Below, in pieces: positions 48,141-60,944 of a stretch of DNA of 64,000 nt; positions within the stretch are counted from its first letter, which is position 1, and every line of letters starts with the position of its first letter. The position numbers and the translations under genes are program-made. Under the pieces are notes generated by a model that saw only the letters and a list, made by a program, of their open reading frames with translations, had not been told where the DNA came from and did not search any database. The DNA is from Mobula hypostoma (lineage: Eukaryota), in NCBI RefSeq assembly GCF_963921235.1, contig NC_086097.1, positions 164,860,001 through 164,924,000 on the forward strand, given 5' to 3'.

Positions 48141-49735
48141 GGTCACTATTTATCGAGGATGTGCTGGAGCTTTTGGAAAGCATCAAGCTGGATAAGTCTC
48201 CAGGACTGGATGAGATGCATCCCAGGCTGCTGTGGAAGGTGAAGGAAAACATTACTGAACCTCTGGCAATGATCTTTGCATCATCAATGGGGACGGGAGA
48301 GGTTCCGGAAGATTGGAGGGTTGCAGATGTTGATCCCTTATTCAAGAAAGGGAGTAGAGATTGCCCAGGAAATTATAGACCAGTGAGTTTTACTTCAGTG
48401 GTTGGTAAATTGATGGAAAAGATCCTGAGAGGTAGGATTTATGAATATTTGGAGAGATATAATATGATTAGGAATAGTCAGCATGGCTTTGTCAAAGGCA
48501 GGTCGTGCCTTACGAGCTTGATTGAAATTTCTGAGGATGTGACTAAACATGTTGATGAAGGTAGAGCAATAGATGTAGTGTATATGGACTGCAGCAAGGC
48601 ATTTAGTAGGTACGCCACGCAAGACTTATTGAGAAAGTAAGGAGGCATGGGATCCAAGGGAACCTTGCTTTGTGGATCCAGAATTGGCTTGCCCACAGAA
48701 GGCAAAGAGTGGTTGTAGACAGGTCATATTCTGCATGGAGGTCGGTGACCAGTGGTGTGCCTCCGGGACTTGTTCAGGGACACTTACTCTTCATGATTTT
48801 TATAAATGACCTGGATGAGGAAGCGGAGGGATGGGTTAGTAAATTTGCTGATGACACGAAGGTTGGGGGTGTTGTGGGTAGTGTAGAGGGCTGTCAGAGG
48901 TTAGAGCAGGACATGATAGGATGCAAAACTGGGCTGAGAGGTGGCAGATGGAGTTCAACCCAGAGAAATGTCAGGTGGTTCATTTTGGTAGGTTAAATAT
49001 GATGGCAGAATATAGTATTAATGGTAAGACTTTTGGCAGTGTGGAGGATCAGAGGGATCTTGGGGTCCAAGTTCATAGGGCACTCAAAGCTGCTGCGCAG
49101 GTTGACTCTGTGGTTAAGAAGGCACATGGTACATTGGCCTTCATCAATCATGGAATTGAGTTTAAGAGCCAACAGGTAATGTTACAGCTATACAGGACCC
49201 TGGTCAGACCTCACTTGGAGTACTGTGCTCAGCTCTGGTCACCTCACTACAGGAAGGATGTGGAAACTATAGAAAGTGTAGAGGAGATTTACAAGGCTGT
49301 TGCCTGGATTGGGGAGTATGCCTGGATAGGCTGAGTGAACTCAGCCTTTTCTCCTTGGAGCATTAGAGGATGAGAGGTGACCTGATAGAGGTGTATAAGA
49401 TGATGAGAGGCATCCATCATGTAGATATTCAGAGGCTTTCTCCCAGGGCTGAAATGGCTAACACGAGAGGGCACTATTTTAAGGTGCTTGGAGTAAGTCA
49501 GGAGGCGATGCCAGGGGTAAATGGTGAGAGAGTGGTGAGTGCGTGGAATGGGCTGCCGACAACGGTGGTGGAGGCGGATACTATAGGGTCTTTTAAGAGA
49601 CTCCTGGATAGGTACATGGAGCTTGGAAAAATAGAGGGCTATGGGTAACCCCAGGTAATTTCTAAAGTAAGTACACGTTCAGCACAGCATTGTAGGCCGA
49701 AGGGCCTGGATTGTGCTGTAGGTTTTCTATGTTTC
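48141..49735 (+). mobile_element. CR1 RT fragment to 3' end, frameshifted
   Basis: KSPGLDEMHPRLL, NYRPVSFTS, SKFADDTK, LVRPHLEYC; TTTCTATGTTTCT tail. Confidence 0.92.
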
Positions 49736-50038
49736 TGTTTAATTAGAATCTAAATCTTTGGACATCTAAAGATTACTTGAACAGCAAATCAAAGGCTTTC
49801 CTGTAATCTACAGAAATATAGAAATATTTCAAAAATTGGATCACCATCCAAAAGAAGTGATCCAGTAATTTAAGTTAAAAAAGGGAATTAGCAAGTAGTT
49901 CAAGGTCCCTTTAATATCACTGACAGGAACCTCTTTACACCCTTTATTGCTGTGCTTTGATGTGAAATATTAAGAAGGAATGTAGACTGGAGCTCAGATG
50001 CACACATTGGATTCAAACAACCACTGTACTCAGAATCA

Positions 50039-51073
50039 AGCAAAACACACAAAAGGACTCTTGATGAAGGGTCTCGGCCCGAAACATCGACTGTGCTCCT
50101 TCCTATAGATGCTGTCTGGCCTGCTGCATTCCACCAGCATATTGTGTATGTTGCTTGTGTAACCGGGTGACCATCGGATCTTATTCAGTATCGTTAAAAG
50201 TGTACTTAGGCATCCATCCGGGTAATGCTAGAATAGTTGTCTGTGCCTTAAGGGAGACAGTGATGTCATTACGCACACGCGGGATATCAGGGAGACCATT
50301 TCGCTTTCTGCTGAAGACGAGGTAAGGTGTTGGAATCTGGTCTCTCCGAGGGTGTGCTGGGCATGGTGAGGAAAGGTGAGCATTAATTGACGATATCCAT
50401 GTGAATTAATTTATTCTTGCTGGCGAATTGAGAATATCGGTAGTTTGACATGTTTTACATGTGGATGCTTTAGATTTTCTCGAGTGAATGACTCAACGCT
50501 GGATTGCATGGCTTGGGCAAAGTTCCTCACCATCCAAGTAGGTCAGGCTTCCTGTAATTTAACTACCAGGCAATATCTTGTAAAATTTGTGCCAAGGAGT
50601 ACCTTTTGTCTAACTTTATTGTATCAGGACTGATTGTGCATGTAACCGCGTAGCGTGAATGTTTATCTCTGTTCGGAAGTTCAGCTGTATGTATGTCTTA
50701 GATGAGATGTATTCGCTTACATTTTTCACTGTTATGTATAAGATACAGGGTGGGTGGAATTCTAATATTGTTTGTATTGTGTTCCTTCAGGATTGCCGCT
50801 ATCATATTTGTACCGTATTAATTCTGGTATTTTTATACTGCACACGCAATTCTGTCCATACACAAGGGTGTGAATCGGAAGTTAAACTGAAATTGTAGCG
50901 GCAAGAACTGGTTGTAAATTTCTTCGTTTTGTTTCACGACCCTCCTCTGGCACTTAAACATCGAAAACCGATAAAGAAATTAAAACCCGAAAGTCTTTGT
51001 TGTCCTGAGCGTGTACTTTTTCCCAGGCTACAAAACTTGAATTTCCAGCATCTGCAGATTTCCTTATGTTTGC
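50039..51073 (+). mobile_element. Short Penelope pLTR insertion (mutated hammerhead at about 50058-50093), split by a solo LTR
   Basis: 11-bp TSD ACTCAGAATCA at 50028-50038 and 51074-51084; TTGATGAAGGGTCTCGGCCCGAAACATCGACTG; sequence resumes CTTGAATTTCCAGCATCTGCAG after 51035. Confidence 0.8.
50158..51032. mobile_element. Solo LTR (875 bp)
   Basis: TGTAACC...GGCTACA termini; CTTG on both sides (right copy offset by AAA); interrupts an otherwise continuous pLTR. Confidence 0.7.
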
Positions 51074-51694
51074 ACTCAGAATCATGTTGTTCTCTGGTGC
51101 TTCCAATTGTTGGGAGGCGGACATAACTCTTTACTAACACAGTACATCACATCGTATGTCTGGTGGTCTGCAGGGGAAGCCTTTTATTAACACAAACTGT
51201 CCTCATTTTGTCCAAAAGAAGACTATATCACAGCACTGAATTTCTCTCCAATTGTCTTGCAAAAAGTTACAGGCTGTGATGATGTCATGGGCTACATACA
51301 GTATTGGCCATTCAATTCTCAGCCATTTCCTTACCATACAAATTGTTTAAATCCTTTGGAATAACTGCAGAAACGAAGGGTTTGAAATGAAAATATTTTG
51401 CCACAAGGGAAGTTTCTTCATGGTATGGGGTAAAATGTTGAGCTACAGCAGAGGAAAGTTCAGTTTCAAAAGGGCTCCACCTACCCCAGAATGGCTAGTG
51501 CTGACACAGACCCTGCATTGTATAAAAATAATTCCCCAGGGCTAACATCCTTTAATTTGGAGGCCCCTCAAAAAATCAGAGGTCATACAAACAATTATCA
51601 GCACAAAATATAAAAACAGTGATAACTTTGAGTGAAAGAATAATTGTTTCATTTTTTTAGAGTAACACACACACAATGCTGGAGGAACTCGCTC

Positions 51695-52490
51695 AATGCT
51701 AGCAAGACCAAGGAGCTGATTAGTGATTACTGGAGTCCTCATCATTGGATCAGAGGTGGTGGGGGTCAGCAACTTTAAAGTCCTCAGTGTTATCATTTCA
51801 TCGGATCTGTCCTGAGCCATTACAAAGAAAGCATGGCAGCACCCCTACTTTCTTAGAAGTTTGCAAAGACTCAGCACGTCATCTTCTATAGATGTGCGAT
51901 GGAGAGTATATTGACTGGTTGCATCATGACACACTATGGAAAGACCAATGCCATCGAATGGAAAAACCTATTCAAAGTAGTGGATATAGCCCAGTCTATC
52001 ACGAGTAAAGCCCTTCCTACCAGACAGTACATCTAAAAGATACAGAGTCACAGGAAGGCAGCATCCATCATCAAGGACCCTACCACCCGGGCCATGCTCT
52101 CTTCTTGCTGCTGCCATCAGGAAGGAGGTACAGGAGCATCAAGACCCACACCACCAGGTTCAGGAACAGTTATTACCCCTCAACCGTCAGGCTGTTGAAC
52201 CAGAGGGGATAACTTCCCTCAGCTTCACTCACCCCAACACTAAACTGTTCCCACAACCTATGGACTAACTTTAAAGGACTCTTCATCTCATGTTCTTGAT
52301 ATTTATTGATTATTCACTTATTTTTAATTGCACTGTTTGTCGTCTTTTGCACCAGGGTTGTTTGCTTGTCTTTTGTTTTCAGTTTTTCATTGATTCAATG
52401 GTGTTTCTTTGTATCTACTGTGAATGCCCCAAGGAAATGAATCTCATGGTTGTATATGTACTTCGGCAATAAATTTACCATGAACCTTGA
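51695..52490 (+). mobile_element. Decayed Rex1/Babar-type 3' fragment
   Basis: LNASKTKELI, FYRCAMESILTGCI, LLPSGRRYRSIKTHTTRFRNSYYP; AATAAA with short repeat tail. Confidence 0.8.
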
Positions 52491-52491
52491 A

Positions 52492-53140
52492 CTTAGCAAG
52501 TCAGGCAGAATATGTGGAAAGGAATAACGAGTCGCTGTTTCAGGTCGACCCTTTGTCAGGGCTGGAAAGGAAGGGGGAAGAAGCCAGAGTACGACGGTGG
52601 GGAAGAGAATGGAGTACAAGCAGGAAGGTGATAGGTGAAGCCCGGTGAGTGAGAAGATGGGTGGGTGGGCGGGGGGTTGAAGTGAGAAGCTGGGAGGTAT
52701 AGGTGGAAAAGGTAAAGGGCTGAAAAAGGAGGAATCTGATGGGAGGGGAAAGTGGACCATGGAAGAAAGGGGAGGAGCAGAGGCCCCAAAGGGAGGTCAT
52801 CGACAGGTCAGGAGAAGAGACGATTAAGCTAGGACCTAGAATAGGGAATGGAAAAGGAGAGGTTGCAGAAGGGGCAGAAATTACCAGTGGTTGGAGAAAT
52901 AGTTGTTCATGTAATTAGGTTAGTGGCCACCCAAAGAGACCCCACACCACCGTGATCCAGAACAGTTATTCCTGAGAGTAGCCTCATTGCGGCAGTAGAG
53001 GAGGCCACAGGCCAACAGGTCGGAAGGGAATTGGGACTGGGATTAAAATGTTTGATCACCAGGATATCCTTCCTGTTGCCAAAGGAGCAAAGGCGCTCAA
53101 CAAAGTTCAGCAAATCTTCGTTGGGTCTCTTGCCAAGCAG
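52492..53140 (-). mobile_element. Old Penelope 3' fragment
   Basis: Purine-rich UTR and degenerate hammerhead like 18555-19150; FVERLCS..RKDILVIKHFN GIY-YIG remnant. Confidence 0.7.
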
Positions 53141-54729
53141 TCCAACACACAAACTGGTTCATTTGTAATTATTTTTACCATAGCTTGCAATATGATGATG
53201 TCAAAGTAGGTCAGAACAGCAATAATGCACAGCTGTTCCAGATGCTCTCTGACCTGCTAATGCAGTGCTAGCGTAATGAGAACCAGCAGCATTTTTTAAT
53301 GTTGACAGCTCAGCCTAGTTTGCGCATAAATTGTAGTTGAAGCCTCAAGAGGCACATTACGTTTAGAGGCAGCCAACTAGTGTAGAAAGCTTTCATTCAA
53401 TGGCTATTTGCTAGGCATCTAATAATGGTTACAGTCTTTTTCCAATTAAATACATTTTGGATCTTGAGGTTCCATAACCCTTGATGGCGTGCCATTACAG
53501 TAACATTCTTTTAGCCAGGTGATTACAGAATGAAACAACTGGGAAGATCCAGAGAGAGCAATATTCTCATTGGTACACTGGATCTGGTTTTCTTTATTCT
53601 TTCTTTATGGATTGGTGGCACCCTATTGGCAGCAAGATCTTTGGGAGATTCTCAAAGACAACAATTTAACAGTGTTTCCAGCAATGTGAGGAATACTTGC
53701 ACATCTTGGGTACTAAGTCACAGTGGAATTTCCAGGCAGCTTTTCCCTGCATCATTCATCAAAGGGAATAGGAGGGAGAGGAATTTGCATTGTACAGGGT
53801 CACAGACACCAGTGGTTGAACTGCAGAAAACTATTTGAACACAAGAGGAAACTGAAGACAGTCCCTTCCTTCTGCCCTGAGCATTCAGCTACTGTCCACT
53901 GTGCTGCCTCATAATGCATAGTTAATCATTTCACTGAGGATTTCAATCTACAAAGCTTTCTTTCATGAAATAGACCACTGTTTTGATATACCGTTAACAG
54001 ACCCACAATTAACACACGCAGAAATCTTCAAAAAATGCTATTTGTTTTTAATAATGTCTCATGTATTTAACATTCATACATACTGTTAGTTTGTTATACT
54101 GAGTAACATCGTTTCCCTAATTCTAACATTTCAGCATCAGGCGATCAAAAGCAATAGTTATACTGTCAGAAACATTTTAGATTAACTCAGCCAGATAGGA
54201 AAGTTTTAGAGGAACATGGAGCAAAAATAAGTAGCTTCAATGGGCATTTTAGTCAGCATGGAAGAGCTGGACTGTTTCTGTGCTGTATGAATCTGTGGCT
54301 GGGTGACATTCGTGTATACGACAGTATCTTCATCACAGCCACAATCAATTCCTGTTCTCCCTCAGAAAGTTTTATCCTATAGGAGGAAAACGGGTGGATT
54401 GGATGTGAGACTTACTCAGGAACCCTGGAGGTGAATGAGGTACCTTCACAGAACTTGCATTCTGCAATGGATGAAGTAGCAAGCCATACGAATGGGTAAT
54501 GATTTAGGTGAATTGTAATGTGGAAGGGATTGGCAGAAGAATCAAACACCTTCAAGTTATTAACAGACAGTCCATGCCTCAGCTGAGAGCAGGAGTGGTC
54601 AGTGAGTGAGTGAATATTAAAAAAGTAGAAGATATAGAAAACCAATAAAAATTAAATACTAAAAATAAAATAAATCATGTATGTACTTACTCTTAAACTT
54701 TCCCACGACCTAATTCAAGTGAATAGGTT

Positions 54730-57251
54730 TGTAGGGTAACATATTGGTGGAAATGTACATAATTCGCAACCACCAACATTGACACAAGGAATTCTGCAGA
54801 TGCTGGAAATTCAAGCAACACACATCAAAGTTGCTGGTGAACGCAGCAGGCCAGGCAGCATCTCTAGGAAGAGGTACAGTTGACGTTTCGGGCCGAGACC
54901 CTTCGTCAGGACACATTGGTGGCCCAAATACTCTAGGATGATCCCAGAGTTATTAAATCTGTCAGCCAATGCAGTCACTTCGAAACTGCCAGAGTTTGGG
55001 GAGCAAAATGCCCTTGTTTGATTTGTACAAGCCAAGGCCCAATCTCCGTCAACAACATCAAATATTTCTAGGTAGCAACAACACTCAGTAACTCCATGGC
55101 TGCGAGAGTGGTGAGTCTACTTGAACACCTGCCTGAACACAATAAATACCGATTGCTGAGAACTCATCTTTTACAGACCGTTGCACTACCGGAGTCTGAG
55201 CTCACCGAACACTTACTCTCCTTGCCTGGCCTTGGCAATGCTACACCGTCAGAGCTAATGGACCACATGCTGTCTCTCCTGGAAAATCACCATCTTTGTT
55301 TTACTTTTCAAGAATTCTTCAGTGAGAGTAAGAGTTTGGCACGGACTAGAGGGGCTGAGATGGCCTGTTTCTGTGCTGTAATTGTTATATGGTTATATGA
55401 TTCATGCAGTGAATGCTTAATCAAGTTGCATAGCTCTTGCTACTGCACCCGTGAAGAACTATAGGGAGTTTGCTAAAATGGCCAATAGTCTACACTCAGG
55501 TAGGTACCTCCTCCTTTCTCTACCTCAATAAGCCCCCAATATAAGGACGCCAGCAGCTGCAGAAGAGGCCTGTGATTTTACCACGTTCGCTTTGGTACAA
55601 ATGTCAGGAAGTACAAACCACCTTGCAGCTTCGACAGTACCAGGGCATCGGGACATCAGAGATCCATGAACACCATAGGTTCCAGCCATCAGGGCTGTCT
55701 ACTGTTCATTGCGGACGCCCTTTCAGGGTGACGCGTCCTGTGTGACATGGGTGCTCAAGTGACTGTCCTGCCAGCATTGTCTATTGATGAGAAAGCAAAG
55801 AGCAATGAAACCTGCCAACAGCCGAGGATCCAGACTTACGGACACGACGGGTGATGCTCTGCCCCAGTGGCAACATTACACATGGCAGTTTGTCCTGGCT
55901 AAAGTGGCTAGACCTCTGCTCGGTGCAGATTTCCTGTGTGCCCAAGAACTATTGGTCAGTCTTAAGAACTGCTGGCTTGCGGATGTCAAGAATTTTGGGT
56001 CGTTCGCCTGCTCCCCGAGTAAGTTCCCCACAACGACTCTGCACCACCGCATGTGAGTTTACTCGACTGCTGGTCGGATTAGCCCCTGGGCCTTGCCTCT
56101 CCATATGATCCCTAGGTCTGATGGTGGTTGCTGCCCATGTGACAATTATCGATGCCTTAACAAGGCCACCACCCCTGATCATTACCAGTCCCACGCATCC
56201 AGAACTTTTGGTATGTTTAACTAGAAAGTTAATTTTTTCCGAAGTCTATCTAGTTACGGGCTACCATCAGGTGCCTGTGTGCTCGAAAGACATTCCCTAA
56301 ACAGCTGTAATAACCCCGTTTGGCCTCTTTGAGTTTCTGCACATGCTGTTTGGGCTGAAAAATGCAGCCGAGACTTTACAATGGCTGATGGATTCTGTAT
56401 TGAAGACGGATTTTCTCTTTGTTTACCTGGATGACATACTTGTTGCCAGTGCATCCAAATCCAAACACAGATCTCACCTCCGCACACTTTGAGTGCTTAA
56501 ACCAACACTGGTTGATTATTGACCCTGATAAATGCCAGTTTAGGTTGTCAACCATTGACCTCCTCAGCCATCACATCTCTGCAGAAGGTAGAAACCCCCC
56601 CCCATCAAAAGTAGCTGCTATGATAGATTTCCCACCACCCCGCTCAACTAAAAAACTACTAGAGTTTTCAGACATGGTTAATTTCTGTCACCACTTCATT
56701 CCACAAGCTGCTGAACTTATGTTCCCTGTTCCATGTTTTGGAATGGGGAGAAAAGACCTCTATCATAGATAAGAGGGGTAAACCAGAACGTATTTTGGTA
56801 GTTCGCCTTAAACAGGCCCACCAAGATTTGGAGGACTCCGCTGCCATGCTCCTAGTGTCACAACTTGGCCATGAACGTTTCAACACACCTTTGGACGAGC
56901 CAGAGGCGCCTGCTGTTACTCCGTCTGTGGAACATAGGACACAAGCTGGACGGCTCGTCTGAGCTCTGACAGGCTCACAATGCCGGTTTTGACGTATTCC
57001 AGGGGGGTGGGGGGGGAGGAGTGCCGGGTGTAGGGTAACGTAATTGATGGAAACGTACATAATTCACAACCACTGACATTGAGTTGCCATTTCACTTTAA
57101 GAGGCTGAACTGAAATGATGATGTCATTACGTAAAGTACTTCTACCACACTTTGCCTTCAGTGTTTGGAGTATAATAAATGAATTGCTATAGTTTTTCTT
57201 AAACATAAAACACCTCCGCCATTTTTATTTGCAAAAACCTACTTGATAACA
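54730..57251 (+). mobile_element. Decayed, internally deleted Ty3/Gypsy LTR retrotransposon
   Basis: 5' LTR stub 54730-54781 matches the start of the 3' LTR 57029-57251 (TG..CA); PBS-like TTGGTGGCCC; gag KLPEF..WFVQAKAQ; protease LCDMGAQV; RT GYHQVPV, TPFGLFEF, VYLDDIL; G-rich PPT at 57001-57021. Confidence 0.88.
54782..54912 (-). mobile_element. Penelope pLTR fragment with intact hammerhead core (54877-54912)
   Basis: Reverse complement GTC-CTGACGA-AGGGTCTCGGCCC-GAAACGTC-AACTG..; nearly identical to 45385-45516. Confidence 0.85.
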
Positions 57252-57924
57252 ATCGCTATGCCAGCATGAAGTTGTGGGGTCAAATGCAAAGAGCATCCAT
57301 TGGTTGATTGGTCTCCCTCTGGATGTACAGTTGAGCCCAGCTGCAGAGATGAGAGTTAGGAGAATAGCATTCGGCTTCCAGTTCGACTTGGAGATTCACC
57401 TCCTACGTACAGATGACCTGGATGTACTAAGGAGTGGCTGACAGTTGTTGGTTTTCTTTGTACCAACCAGCCATCAATAAACACAGTTCAAACGAGAACA
57501 GGATACATTAGGCAGTGCTAGTCAATTGTCCTTGCATATACACTGCCCAGCCATTTGTGTCAAGTTTTGTCCAAACAAATTTAAAGAGAAATCTAGGAAC
57601 TAAATTACTCAAAATTACCTTTTGCAAATCCATGGAGTAGTTGAAGCGAGAAGTCAGATCCAAAAAGTATGCATGGTTATATCAAAAGAATGAGATGAAA
57701 TAAAGAGAGAGGAGGCTCATTTTGTTTATAAGTACCATCATGGGGCCATTGGACAGAATGGCCTGTTTCTGTGCTGTAAATTTTCAGAACTTTATGCTTC
57801 TTACACTCCAGAAGGTAATAAATGTATTAGAAGAATAACGCATTATTTTATGAATTTCTAGGCTAGAGATCTTTCTCGGCCCATTAACCTGAAGTAAATC
57901 TTTCAGACATGAGCACATAAATTA

Positions 57925-58730
57925 GACCTTAAAACCACAAAACATAGGAGCAGAATTTGGCTATTCTGCCCACTGAGTCTGCTCCACCATTCCATCATGG
58001 TGGATTTATTGTCCCTCTCAGCCCCATTCTCCTGCCTTCTCCCCATAACCTTTCACACCCTGACTTCTCAACAACCTATCAACCTCTACTTTAAACATAC
58101 TCAATAACTTGGCCTCCACAGCCATCTGTGGCAATTAATTCCACAAATTCACCAGGTTATGCTAAAAAACCTCATCCTTATTTCTGGTCTAAATGGATGT
58201 CCCTCTATTCTGAGGTTGTGCCCTTTAGTTCTACAGCCACAATAAAAAACAACTTCTCCACATCTAGGCTTTTTAATATTCGATAGGTTTCAATGAGATT
58301 CCACCTCCCCCCCCCCACCCCAGTTCTTCTAAACTCCAGTGAGTACAGTCCCAGAGCCATCAAACACACCTCATATATTAACCCTTTCATTCCTGGGATC
58401 ATTCTCATGAATCTCCTCTGAACCCTCTCCAGTGCCAACACATATTTTCTTAGATAACCAAATCTGCTCACAATACTCCAAGTGCAGTCTGACCAGCGCC
58501 TTATAAAGGTTCAGCATTACATCTTTGCTTTTATATTCTAGTCCTTTTGAAAAGAATGCTGATATTGCATTTGCCTTCCCTACCACCAGCTTGGCTTGTT
58601 AGTTAACCTTCAGGGAATCCTGCACGAGAACTCCAAAGTCCCTTTGTACCTCTGATTTTTGCATTTTCTCCCTGTTGAGAAAAATAGTCTACACCTTTAT
58701 TCCTTCTACCAAAGAGCATGACCATATAGT
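57925..58730 (-). mobile_element. CR1 3' fragment
   Basis: LYKALVRLHLEYC and LERVQRRFMRMIPG ORFs; CR1 3'UTR. Confidence 0.85.
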
Positions 58731-59054
58731 GCAGGGAAGTATATGTTCATATATTTTGATGGAAAAAATAAATAATAACATATTCCATTAGCCATTGTTT
58801 TATGCACAAACTCCATAAAAGTGTTAGACTGTGTTAGACATTATTTCCAGCTGAAAGTATGCCCACTGGGAATTTGGGTGAGAGATTTCCTTGTGATTAG
58901 TACTTCTGGTGTTCATCATTATCAGATGTGTATCTAATAACATCATTGCTCACTTGTGCAGCCACATTTTCCACCCATACAATGGGAACTTCAGGGAACA
59001 ACCTGTAAATGAAATAAGATAGGGATCAGATCAGAACACACCATTCCACTCTCA

Positions 59055-59559
59055 GTGGGTGTTGTCTACATGAATTTTAGTAAGGTATTCAACCAAGGTC
59101 CCTCATGATCAGCTCGGCCAGAAGACTAAGATGCATAGCATCCATTGTGACTTGGCCACTTGGATTTAGAATTGATTTGCCCATAATACACAGAAGGTAG
59201 TGGCTGATGGTTCTCATACTAGTTGGAAGTCCATGACCAGTGATGTTCTGCAGGGATCTGTCCTGGGATCTCTGCTATTGGTGATATATGGAAATGACAT
59301 GGATGAAAACATGGATTGGTGAGTTAGTGAGTTTGAAGATGACAGAAAGATTGGAGATGTTGTGGATAGTGTAGATGTTTGTTAAGGGATACAGTAGGAT
59401 GTACATCGGTTGCAGATGTGGAGACAGAAATGAAATGGAATTGTATCCAGGCAAGTGTAGGGTGCTGCACCTTGGGAGATCAAACGTAAAGATAAAGTAA
59501 CAGATGATGGCAGGACCCTTAACAGTGTTGATGCACAGGTGGATCTTGGAGTCTACATC
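59055..59559 (+). mobile_element. Old CR1 RT fragment
   Basis: VVYMNFSKVF, VLQGSVLGSLL, FEDDRKIG remnants. Confidence 0.7.
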
Positions 59560-60944
59560 TGTTGAGAATTTAATATTTCAGTAGTATTTGAGTAATATTG
59601 TAAATATGTTTGATTAAGCATTCTTGTTCATTTAAATAATTCATTGTGGGTTAAATGTAAAAGTAAGTGAATTGCATATGTCATCATGCCACCATGAGAT
59701 ATGCTTAAAGTAAAAAATGAAGTTAGACCAACAGACACAAAATCCTTTGGCAGGATGAAGGGTTTCGGCGTGAAACGTCGACTGTACTCTTTTCCTAGAT
59801 GCTGCCTGGCCTGCTGAGTTCCTCCAGCATTTAATATGTGTTGCTCAGATTTCCAGCATCTGCAGATTTTCTCTTGTTTGAGATAAGTTAGATACTCATT
59901 TTGGACTCTCGTGTTTATCTTCCAATTAGTTTTATGTTTTGGAGTTACAAAACATAACAGTGACAATGAAGCTTATTCTTTTAAATGAACCCAAGACAAC
60001 TACCTGCCTGTGGAAGCAAAGGCTTTAAAAAAATGACTTTAAAAGAGCAGCACAGCACGTGTTCTTTGGAAGGGAAGACATGATCAAATTTTTTAAAAAG
60101 GCAGAAAATGGGAAGAGTTCATATGTTCATAAACAGTGAGTACCAGGTGTTAATACTCATTAAAAAAAGAGCAGAAATGGCTGGCTACATCAGAAAAATT
60201 GATGTATGTTCCATTATACAACAGATAACTGGATTTTGTACACTGAGGAAACTGAGCAGTATTTTAAAGCAAATGGAATAGCCCATGAGAAACAAGTACC
60301 AGTTTTATTGAGTGCTTTGTTTCCTTAGGAGTTTGACTGCTCCAACCAAAACAGCAGAAATTAGCTTTGCTGATATCGTGAAAGTAATGCAGAATCAAAA
60401 GGAAGAGGAGTCCACTTCAGCATATGTGTCTGAATTGAAGAGATTGTCTGAGAATTGTCATTTCAGTAATGGGCTTAATGATACACTGAGAGTTTGTTTA
60501 GTTTGTGGAATCTTTCAAGAAAGCAATCGAAAACAGCTCCTGACTGAAGCACAACCTACATTTAAAAGAGCAGTTGAAATTGCTGTATCAATGGAAACAG
60601 CAGACAAAGACACAACTGAGTTGCTGTCAGGAATGAACGTGAGCGTGAACAAAATCGCAACGTCTGAACAGAACTGGCCTGGCCGAACAAATTATGCTAC
60701 AGTACTGTTGTGGCAGGGGCTCACAGCACCAGACCAATGCAGGTTTAAAGGTGAAACTTGCAGAAAATGCAACCAAGTAGGACACATAAAAAGAGCATGT
60801 TGGGCAGACAAAAATAAATGGACTGTACAGGGAAGAGAAATAGATAAAAGGACAATTTTCAGTTTCAGAAAGAACACTAATCTGCATGCTGTTGATGAAA
60901 AATCTGATAATAATGAGAGTGACACAGGACTGGGTCCTTATTGA
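59560..60944 (+). mobile_element. Gypsy 5' LTR (59560-59959) + decayed gag; LTR carries a Penelope pLTR insert (59728-59884)
   Basis: TG..CA LTR, related fragment at about 6870-7060; gag EQYFKANGI, YVSELKRLSENCHF, knuckle CRKCNQVGHIKRAC; insert flanked by 8-bp TSD AAGTTAGA (59720-59727, 59885-59892). Confidence 0.82.
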
